A DNA stretch of 64,000 nt from Myxococcales bacterium (lineage in GTDB: Bacteria; Myxococcota; Myxococcia; Myxococcales; UBA5297), in NCBI GenBank assembly GCA_050288705.1, contig JBNKEI010000033.1, positions 18,407-82,406 on the forward strand. The letters are read 5' to 3'. Position 1 is the first letter of the stretch. Every line of letters begins with the position of its first letter. The notes under the pieces were generated by a model. That model had not been told where the DNA came from and made no database searches. It saw only the letters and a program-made list of their open reading frames with translations. A program made the translations under genes and the position numbers. Shown one piece after another: positions 33,908 through 41,657 of the stretch.

Positions 33908-36040
33908 TTACTTCTGTTTTTTTCTGAAGATTCTGCTGGGCAATTGCAGAGCCCCTTCCGCCATGAGGACTACCGCGGCTAAAGCAAGCAGAACACTCCA
34001 AACCGGCCAAGGAAGAATTTCTCTGTTTCTCTCACTCTCTGTTTGGGCTTGAGTATTACCACCTAGTAGGAGCTTCCATTCCTTTTCGTCTAATCGTGCG
34101 AGATTACTTTCGCCAGAATGAATATTTGCCGCGAAGGTTGAATCAGAGAGTGCTTCTTGGTTAGAGGAAACGGGGGTTTGTACCTGATAAATTCCTGGAA
34201 ACCGAACTACCGCTTCCAAATGATCGCCGACTTTGCGAACAGGAATTTCTTTTTTGTTTGAGCCCGCAACTATTAGCCGATCTACTGTTGGTGTGAAACT
34301 CAACTTCTTTGTTTCCCCTACCATAACCTGCTCTAAATTTTTCTCATCAAGAGCACCAGAAAGCCATCCGGCGAGTCTTTGCATTACCGGGAGAAAACTG
34401 GTGCGAATAGGCCAATCAGTCCACGCCCTATCTACAGTAGAGGTATATAGAAGTACTTTCCCTAAGCCGTATTTAGATTCGACAAGGGCCATAGCTCCGT
34501 CATCATAGGTTACTAAAGGAGTTATTTGGTTTGCATCTCCTGGAGCTAGTAAGAAATAGCGATTAGTACGAACCGACAAAATACTTTCTTTGGCGTCTCC
34601 AGAAAAAACAGCTAGCGCAGGGTGCTCAAACTTAATTTGGAAGAAATGCGCTGGCTTTTTAGTAAAAGTATTTTTGTTTTCTTCTGCGGCTGTTTTCAGC
34701 ACGTGAAGCTTTCTGGGTAACAAATTACCTAAGTATTTATTATAATAGTCTACATCGACTTGATCACCCAAACTTATCATCAGACCCGATCCTTCTCGCA
34801 CTCTTTTTTCTAATTCAGCAATTTTTTCCTGCGGCAATGTGCGTAGGTTTAATAAGAAGAAAAGGTCATAAGCTGATAATTTTTCATTTGTTAAACTTTC
34901 TGAATCACGCAAAACTGGACGCACCGGACTACCCGGGGCATTTAGTGCTGCTTCCACAAAAAAAGCTTCGTCTTTATACCGAGAAACATGGGGGGCTCCA
35001 TTTACAATTAGAGCGTGAATGTCTTTTGGCACATGCCACGCAAAATAGCGCACATCGTCTGCTGCTAAACAATCACTTTCAATTTCCATTGCTCCAGCAT
35101 AAATCCCTCCCTGAGGAAACCTATAGACCAGGGGCTGCGCAACTACTCCCTGGGCAGGAATAGCTACGAAACTTTTGGCTACAATTTTTTGACCAACGCG
35201 CAGAGCAATTTTTAAATCTTTTACTTTCTTTTTTGAGTAATTAACCACAGTCGCGGTAAATTGATATGCTCTATGGCCCACCGCCGGCACTGCTTCTACT
35301 TTCAATTGCGTAATAGCAACATTAGGAAGTTCAGAAACGTTTTTCGCGGCATCTAATATGATGATTTCTGGTCGGATGTCTCCGGAACGAGTTTCCACTT
35401 TCAGGCTAGACCAATCAGCTCCTAGCGAATAGGTAGTCATATCGGTTGCTAATACCATTCGCTTGCGCGGCAAGGAGGAAGCAGCGAGTATTTGACCTGC
35501 GCGCTGCAAGCAAATGGCCATTTCCTGCGACTCCCAGGTACCCTGCACCTGCTCAATAACCCGCAACAAGCCATCGCGATCGTAGCTTGGCGGTACCGCC
35601 ACTCGGAAATCACCAGAATCACAGGTAAGAAAACCAATTTGCGCATTCGCTGGGGCGCTATTAACTTCTTGGCGAAGCATTTCTTTTGCGCGCTCTAACA
35701 GCGCACGTCCGTCTAAACGGTACCCCATGGACATAGATGTATCTAACGCCATCATGACCGCCATGGGCCCTTGCGCAACTACTGTATCTAAAGCCTTTTT
35801 GCGCTGCGGTCGAGCAAGAGCTAAGGGAATCGCCAGCAGTAATAGGGTGCGTAACAAAAACAAAATTATGCGTTTCAGTCTTAGTTTTCGAGAATTACGC
35901 CTCTGCGATCGCAGAATAAAATCGATGGCCGCAAAAGCATGGGGTCGAGCCTTACGGCTCTGAAAGAGGTGTAACAGAAGCGGAATGGTCGCTAAACCCA
36001 TTCCATACAACATGAAAGGATTCGCCCATTCCCATCCCAT
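33908..36040 (-). CDS. BatA-like membrane protein (N-terminal double-TM aerotolerance-regulator domain + vWA-like domain + C-terminal TM)
   Basis: The N-terminus FMLYGMGLATIPLLLHLFQSRKARPHAFAAIDFIL is typical of the BatA_N domain. LDTSMSM is a MIDAS-like DxSxS motif. There is a terminal hydrophobic helix. Confidence 0.75.
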   Translation of the reverse strand: MGWEWANPFMLYGMGLATIPLLLHLFQSRKARPHAFAAIDFILRSQRRNSRKLRLKRIILFLLRTLLLLAIPLALARPQRKKALDTVVAQGPMAVMMALDTSMSMGYRLDGRALLERAKEMLRQEVNSAPANAQIGFLTCDSGDFRVAVPPSYDRDGLLRVIEQVQGTWESQEMAICLQRAGQILAASSLPRKRMVLATDMTTYSLGADWSSLKVETRSGDIRPEIIILDAAKNVSELPNVAITQLKVEAVPAVGHRAYQFTATVVNYSKKKVKDLKIALRVGQKIVAKSFVAIPAQGVVAQPLVYRFPQGGIYAGAMEIESDCLAADDVRYFAWHVPKDIHALIVNGAPHVSRYKDEAFFVEAALNAPGSPVRPVLRDSESLTNEKLSAYDLFFLLNLRTLPQEKIAELEKRVREGSGLMISLGDQVDVDYYNKYLGNLLPRKLHVLKTAAEENKNTFTKKPAHFFQIKFEHPALAVFSGDAKESILSVRTNRYFLLAPGDANQITPLVTYDDGAMALVESKYGLGKVLLYTSTVDRAWTDWPIRTSFLPVMQRLAGWLSGALDEKNLEQVMVGETKKLSFTPTVDRLIVAGSNKKEIPVRKVGDHLEAVVRFPGIYQVQTPVSSNQEALSDSTFAANIHSGESNLARLDEKEWKLLLGGNTQAQTESERNREILPWPVWSVLLALAAVVLMAEGALQLPSRIFRKKQK

Positions 36041-36046
36041 GTGACT

Positions 36047-36973
36047 CTATACCGCCCTTCCTTTTTCCCGTCGCGTTATAAAGCGTAGTACTATGCGATC
36101 AAGCAAAGCATCGGTTCGTACTTGTTCGTATTCAACCTTGCTCTCTGCGCAAGATTGTTTAATTTTCTGGAGGAAATTATTCATTTCTTCTAGATAGGAA
36201 TCACGAATCTCCCGAGGATCTACTTGCTCGGTGCGCTCATCTTCCATAGAACGGAAAAGAGTGGAGTCTTCAAAAGGGAACTCCAGTTCTGCGGGATCGA
36301 GCACCTGAAAAACCGAAAGCTGGCTCTTTTTGGTACGCCCGAAAACACTTGGCAGAGTTTGCGGCTCTTCGTCAAAAAAGTCAGAAAAAACTATGGTTTC
36401 TAGGGGATGTTGATTCTTTTCACGCAACAACTTAGCCACATCCTGCATATGCGCAGTTCCGCCTCCATGAAGTCCCTCTAAAGCTTTGAGGATTACCGAA
36501 AAATGACCGGCACTGCTTCGGGGAGGAATGATTTCCATTCCGCTACCTCGGCAGATAAGTAATCCAACTGCATCCTGTTGGCGGATTAATAGATAGGCCA
36601 GGGAAGCCGCTAAAACTGAAGCTACGTCCAATTTAGAAAGGTGTTGGGATCGATAATTCATGGAAGCCGATGCATCAACCACTAAAAAAGCTTTTAGGTT
36701 GGTCTCTTGCTCGTACCGTTTTACGTAATATTTGTCGTATCTTCCATAGGAACGCCAATCGATGTGTCGCACTTCATCGCCAGGAGCATATTCCTTGTGC
36801 TCAGCGAACTCGATGGATTGCCCCTGATAAGGGCTACGGTGAATTCCCGATAGAACCCCGTCCACCACTGTTCGAGTCCTTAGCTGAACAGTAGAAAGTT
36901 TGGCTAAAAAGCTCGCGTCAAGAATCATGAGCGGGAGAGTATCGATTTGAGAGAAATTGTAAATAAATGGCAC
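36047..36973 (-). CDS. DUF58-family protein (vWA-like, usually MoxR-associated)
   Basis: Signature FAEHKEYAPGDEVRHIDWRSYGRYDKYYVKRYEQETN followed by VVDASASM. Confidence 0.8.
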   Translation of the reverse strand: MPFIYNFSQIDTLPLMILDASFLAKLSTVQLRTRTVVDGVLSGIHRSPYQGQSIEFAEHKEYAPGDEVRHIDWRSYGRYDKYYVKRYEQETNLKAFLVVDASASMNYRSQHLSKLDVASVLAASLAYLLIRQQDAVGLLICRGSGMEIIPPRSSAGHFSVILKALEGLHGGGTAHMQDVAKLLREKNQHPLETIVFSDFFDEEPQTLPSVFGRTKKSQLSVFQVLDPAELEFPFEDSTLFRSMEDERTEQVDPREIRDSYLEEMNNFLQKIKQSCAESKVEYEQVRTDALLDRIVLRFITRREKGRAV

Positions 36974-37019
36974 CCGTTACTGACCTTGCGCTGGGCTGCC
37001 TGCAAATAAAAGCCGAGTT

Positions 37020-38378
37020 TTAAGCCCCTTCATGCCCGGGTATGACAAAATGAAAAGTGGCGCCGCGTCCTAACTCGCTCTCTGCCCATATTTTACCTCC
37101 GTGAGCATCTACAATTCCTTTGGCAATAAAGAGACCGAGCCCTGTCCCTTGTTTTTGACCTATTCCAGATTTCCAAAATCTCTCAAATAAACGGGGCATG
37201 TTTACTAAAGCAATTCCAGGACCGTTGTCGGAAACGCTAAACCGAACCCCTTGGCCCTCTTTTTGTGCCGACATCTTGATTTTTCCACCTTCGGGAGTGA
37301 AACGAATTGCGTTTCCCAGGAGGTTGGACAGCACTTGCAATAAGCGTTCTTTGTCAGCTTGCAGCGTATAAAATTCGTCGGAAAAAGAAGTTTCTAATTG
37401 TATTGATTTGGAAGAGGCAAGGCTTGCAAAAACATTCGTGGTTTCGTTCAACAAATCGGTAACCGCGCAAGGCGTACGCTGAATAGTGAAACGACCACTT
37501 TCTAGACTTGTCGCATCTAAAAGGCTGCGAATTAAATGTTCCATTTGCATGGAAATACTTTCGATGCCCGATGCATGGCTATGAATTTTATCAAGCGCTG
37601 AGCTTTTGCGCATAAGGGTGGCCTTTATGGTAATTGCGGACAGAGGGTTGCGTAGATCGTGGGCAACCACTGCAAGGAGCTGATCTCTTGCACGAATCGC
37701 TTGCTTGGAAATTTGCAAGGCTTTTTTCTCGTTCATGTGAATAGTCGCTAGCTTCTTGGACGACCACCAAGCAATTGCGCCGCCTGCGAAAATGCTTGTG
37801 ATAACGACTATGAACGCGATTCTAGCGGCAATTTGTGCGTCTTGTCTCATTTCATTTAAAGCAATCGATAATCTCTCTTGGCGAAATAAAAGAAATGCAT
37901 CTATATCTCGATCAAGCGTTATTCTTTTGGGTAGGAGTTCATTTTCAAATCGAGTGCTGACGGTTTCCAGATTTTCCCCCTTTTCTCTAGCAGATAACAA
38001 TTCATCTAAGGATTGAATGTATACGTTAATAGAAGCTATCAGTTGGTTGGATAGCCGAGTGCCCTGAACAGAATCGACTCCACTCCTTACTTGAATAAGC
38101 CCGCGAGAGACTTGGGCTTCGGATTCGCGTGTGCGAGCCAGAAAGGAAGAGCTTCCAGTTAGTAGGAAGCCACGCGCACTAGCAAGAGTTCTTTCTACAT
38201 CTGCCCGAAGCCGTTCTGCGATAACGACTTTTTCCATTTCTCGGTTTATTTCTGCTTCGCGAGCAATAGATGAAGTATTTAGTTTAAGTAATGCGAATAC
38301 TCCTGCTCCCCCAACAACCAAAAGTATAATCAAAAACGTGGCTATCAATCGGCTTGGAAAATTTTCGATTTTCCGCAC
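37020..38378 (-). CDS. Sensor histidine kinase (TM - helical periplasmic sensor - TM - HisKA - HATPase_c)
   Basis: H-box VAHDLRNPLSAI, N-box LLGNAIRFTP, G-boxes DNGPGI and GTGLGL, and two hydrophobic helices flanking a ~170-aa helical domain. Confidence 0.9.
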   Translation of the reverse strand: MRKIENFPSRLIATFLIILLVVGGAGVFALLKLNTSSIAREAEINREMEKVVIAERLRADVERTLASARGFLLTGSSSFLARTRESEAQVSRGLIQVRSGVDSVQGTRLSNQLIASINVYIQSLDELLSAREKGENLETVSTRFENELLPKRITLDRDIDAFLLFRQERLSIALNEMRQDAQIAARIAFIVVITSIFAGGAIAWWSSKKLATIHMNEKKALQISKQAIRARDQLLAVVAHDLRNPLSAITIKATLMRKSSALDKIHSHASGIESISMQMEHLIRSLLDATSLESGRFTIQRTPCAVTDLLNETTNVFASLASSKSIQLETSFSDEFYTLQADKERLLQVLSNLLGNAIRFTPEGGKIKMSAQKEGQGVRFSVSDNGPGIALVNMPRLFERFWKSGIGQKQGTGLGLFIAKGIVDAHGGKIWAESELGRGATFHFVIPGHEGA

Positions 38379-38470
38379 ATAAAACTCCTCGGGTCTTGTG
38401 GATGGATTATTTAGTAATCAAGAGCGCCTTTGGCATGGGGAGCTTTCCCAACATTGACACAGGAAAATCA

Positions 38471-38930
38471 AGGGCATGTCCCTATATCCGACATCGCCGC
38501 TCCGTCATTCCCGCGAAGGCGGGAATCCAGTGGGCACGACTTTGTCAATCGATGATTTGGGGCCAAAGGTCAGCTCGTCCAGGGTTCGTTTTTTCGATGA
38601 GACCCATCTTCCACGCACGACGCCACTTTTTTAGCTGCTTTTCACGACCAATTGCGGTCAACATGTCCTCGAACAACTCATAGTACAACGAGATATGGAC
38701 CTTGTATTTGGCGGTGAAGCCCTGCACGATATCATTTCTGTGTTGCAAACGGCAGCGTAGTTGCGTGACGTTTTCATCCTCGACAATTACCGCTCGCTGG
38801 CGGAGGCCAAGAGATCTCCTCGGGTAAGAACGCAAAACTTCGGACTAAATTATCGCCAATACTCGTGATTCCCGCTTTCGCGGGAATGACGGAGGGCGTG
38901 GCGCCGGATATGGATGGGGACACGCCCTAG
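38471..38930. mobile_element. TIR-flanked GIY-YIG-associated element (copy 1, carries a decayed GIY-YIG ORF)
   Basis: Imperfect ~60-bp terminal inverted repeats, with the left arm beginning at 38471 and the right arm at 38865-38930. Each arm contains the hairpin ATTCCCGC-GAAR-GCGGGAAT (38507-38526 and 38868-38887). A near-identical copy of 38471-38574 recurs inverted at 46671-46776. Confidence 0.55.
38545..38835 (-). pseudogene. GIY-YIG nuclease-family gene, N-terminally truncated or decayed
   Basis: LRCRLQHRNDIVQGFTAKYKVHISLYYELFEDMLTAIGREKQLKKWRRAWKMGLIEKTNP matches the small GIY-YIG (URI-like) family. The N-terminal YVYIL (GIY) strand is missing, and the only start is a weak TTG with no evident SD. 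Confidence 0.6.
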
Positions 38931-39039
38931 TAACTACTGGAGATGCTGTCTGCCCAAATAGCCGGCGAGCATACCGAGGTCGTTGTCAGTATTCCCTTCT
39001 TCCCTTATGCTTCCGACCTGCTAAAAGGAACTCGATTAC

Positions 39040-40668
39040 TTGACAAGGGGAAGACCACTGGAACGCCCAGAAGCATTATTGAAAAGCGCATTGGAGAAGG
39101 TAGTTTTTTTTGAGTGCCGCCTCGATCAGCTCTCATCTGATTTATGCCGTGCTAATAGCGAGATTGAACGGTTAAAATCCGAGCAGAGTAGAGCAACCCA
39201 GCTAGAAATTCAGCTACGCCAGGAACTCGCAGCCTCGGAATCGCGCGCCAATTTGGCCAAACGAGAAAGAGACGAAGCTTTAGAAAATGCCGCGGTCGCT
39301 CGTCAAGAACGAGAGCGTTTTTTAGATCGCCTAATTGAAGCAGAACAGATTAGGCGAGCCGGTGAAGAGAATGAAGGCATTGATTTGGCTTCTTTCATTG
39401 CGGAGCTACGTTCGGAAGTTCTTCACCTTCGAGCTACGGTTTCCGACCAGCATGCACCTTTCCAACCGGTCAGGCCGGCGATTTCAACCACCTGCATTCA
39501 GGCTTCCCAGCAAGACCAAGAACCTCAACCAGAACATCAAGACGCTGGCTCACCATGCCCAGCACCAGCCTCTATTACCGCTGCTTCATTGGAAAATCCC
39601 TCTCCTAAGCCTCCGACCTCTGCTGCTCCCCCGCGAGTATTGGGTTTCCGATCCACTCAAGATGCTGCCACCTTGATGGCTTCCCAAGGAAGAATTGGTA
39701 TTGGGGAGCAGGAGCATCAAGCCCTAAGTATTCGCGCCCGCTTTGAAACGCGCTCGGAAGAAACCCTGTTTTTCCTCTCTTTGCGAGAGCTGGCTGCCCC
39801 CGACAGTATTTCGCGAATGCGTGCCGCTCAAAGGCTGAAGTCGTTAGGTCCACGAGCGGCCCTCCCGGCAATTGCCGCCGCACTTAACACCGAGGAATCA
39901 CCAGAGGTAGTTTGTGCTCTTATGGAAGTCTGTGCCGCTGCAAAAGAAAATTCGATTCTTCCCCTGCTGGAGACCAAATTAGGTTCTGCCTCGGTTGAAG
40001 TGCGCTTGTCGGCATTGGAAGCGGTTTTCCGCCTTCAAGGGCCATCGTGTCTTGCCCGTGCTATGCAGGACAAAAGCTCTCGTGTTCGTCGCCGAGCTGC
40101 GGTACTTGCTGCCGGACAGAATGAGGCTATTTCTGTATTGGAGCAAGCCGCAGGGGACGCAGACGCTTCGGTTCGCCGGGTAGCCGCTCTTGGTCTTGCG
40201 GCAGTAGGATGCGCTCGTGCTCAATCTTGGTTGCTCTCAGCTCTAGATGATAACGATGTTACTGTGCGCCGGGCTGCTGCCAAGGGGCTTTCCCGTTCTT
40301 TTGGGCCGCAAGTATTCGCCGTTGCTGACCTGGATGCTTCCCGGAGGCGCCGCGAGATTCGCCGGCTAGTAGCGCAACCAACGGCAGAGACTACACCGAG
40401 AACGGCGAATGCAACCTCGCTCTCAGCAACTCCATTGGCGACCCTGTCGACAACCTCATCGGGCACGGTTGCAGCTCCCAGCCCACTGCCACATCCGCAA
40501 CTAGAATCGGATATTCTCGACATTGTGTATTCTGCTCTGCGCGGCCAAAGCCAGGAAGAGCTACGTCGCAACTTGAAGGCAGACCAAGAATTGGTGGCCT
40601 CTTCGATTTCTTCGCTATTACAGAGAGGCAAATTAGTTCGGCGCGGCCAACGGTATTTTGTGCCGTAG
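39040..40668 (+). CDS. pomY: PomY-like protein: N-terminal coiled coil, Pro/Ser/Ala/Gln-rich disordered region, HEAT (PBS-lyase-type) repeats, basic C-terminal tail
   Basis: Heptad-rich residues 1-130. Repeated xxVRxxAAxALxxxG HEAT units (SRMRAAQRLKSLG, VEVRLSALEAV, SRVRRRAAVLAAG, ASVRRVAALGLA, VTVRRAAAKGLS). Lies immediately upstream of the ParA-like gene. The TTG start is uncertain. Confidence 0.5.
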   Translation: MTRGRPLERPEALLKSALEKVVFFECRLDQLSSDLCRANSEIERLKSEQSRATQLEIQLRQELAASESRANLAKRERDEALENAAVARQERERFLDRLIEAEQIRRAGEENEGIDLASFIAELRSEVLHLRATVSDQHAPFQPVRPAISTTCIQASQQDQEPQPEHQDAGSPCPAPASITAASLENPSPKPPTSAAPPRVLGFRSTQDAATLMASQGRIGIGEQEHQALSIRARFETRSEETLFFLSLRELAAPDSISRMRAAQRLKSLGPRAALPAIAAALNTEESPEVVCALMEVCAAAKENSILPLLETKLGSASVEVRLSALEAVFRLQGPSCLARAMQDKSSRVRRRAAVLAAGQNEAISVLEQAAGDADASVRRVAALGLAAVGCARAQSWLLSALDDNDVTVRRAAAKGLSRSFGPQVFAVADLDASRRRREIRRLVAQPTAETTPRTANATSLSATPLATLSTTSSGTVAAPSPLPHPQLESDILDIVYSALRGQSQEELRRNLKADQELVASSISSLLQRGKLVRRGQRYFVP

Positions 40669-40677
40669 GACTTATTT

Positions 40678-41634
40678 ATGGACCAGATTTTTTATACTCC
40701 TAGGCGCACCGCACAGCTACTTAGCATTGAGTTAAGAGATCTTCATGCAGTCCTGCGCAAAGATCGATATTCGCCTATCGATATACTGACTTTGCGCCAA
40801 CGCCTGAAAAAAATGCCTCCCAAATTGGGGCCGCGCCGGCAGCTATTTCTCAATTTCAAGGGTGGTACTGGCAAAACCTCGATTTCAACTAGCTATTCTT
40901 TCCGCATGGCAGAAATGGGATACCGGGTATTGCTAATTGACTTGGATAGCCAGGGCCACGCCACCAAATGCTTGGGACTAGAAGGTGAATCGTTCGAACA
41001 AACTTTACTAGACGTTTTAGTAAAAAGGATTCCCATTTCGCAAGTCATTGTACACTCGGGAATGCCACAGCTAGATTTGGTGCCGTCCAATTTATCGATG
41101 AGCACTGCTGATTTGGCGCTGATGCCTTTAGCCGGTCGGGAGTTTAAACTGCGTAATGCCGTCAATCAAATAGTTCAACAATACGATTTGATTGTTATGG
41201 ATGCTCCTCCTTCTTTTGGGCTACTCAATCTGAATGCTTTGATGGCCTCCGATGACCTTTTAGTTCCTGTTTTGGCTGATTTTCTCTCGTTTCATGGATT
41301 AAAACTACTTTTCGAAACTGTAGAGGGCCTGGAGCTGGATTTACAGCATCAACTGGACCATATTTTTATAATTATCAATGCTTTTAATGCTACTTTCAAA
41401 CTCGCTAAAGAGGCGCAAAGTGCGCTTCGAGAACATTACGGTGAATTCTTGTGCAAAACTGTGGTTCGGCAATGCACCAAGTTTGCTTTGGCTTCCAGTG
41501 AAGGTCGGCCAGTCTTTCTAGCCGATCCCGAATCCAAAGGGGCGAAGGACATTCAGTCGTTAATTGTCGAATTGATGCGAAAATTGGGGATAGCCAAAAC
41601 CACTTCTCGCGCGGTATCCGCCGGCAAAAGATAA
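40678..41634 (+). CDS. pomZ: ParA/MinD-family ATPase with a ~55-aa N-terminal extension (PomZ-like)
   Basis: Deviant Walker A FKGGTGKTS, Walker A' LLIDLDSQGH, Walker B IVMDAPPS. Flanked by two coiled-coil proteins. Confidence 0.55.
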   Translation: MDQIFYTPRRTAQLLSIELRDLHAVLRKDRYSPIDILTLRQRLKKMPPKLGPRRQLFLNFKGGTGKTSISTSYSFRMAEMGYRVLLIDLDSQGHATKCLGLEGESFEQTLLDVLVKRIPISQVIVHSGMPQLDLVPSNLSMSTADLALMPLAGREFKLRNAVNQIVQQYDLIVMDAPPSFGLLNLNALMASDDLLVPVLADFLSFHGLKLLFETVEGLELDLQHQLDHIFIIINAFNATFKLAKEAQSALREHYGEFLCKTVVRQCTKFALASSEGRPVFLADPESKGAKDIQSLIVELMRKLGIAKTTSRAVSAGKR

Positions 41635-41657
41635 GCAAGCTGTAATTGGAGGAATCG

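Noticed and set aside
38354-38683. ORFs translating the repeat arms (38354-38683, 46389-46586, 46396-46608, 46557-46769, 46679-46951) into peptides such as VIPAKAGIQ, SFPRKRESR and RHSRESGNP.
   Set aside because: They are read-throughs of the palindromic ATTCCCGC-GAAR-GCGGGAAT repeat in several frames and on both strands. They overlap each other, which is characteristic of a repeat artefact rather than genes.
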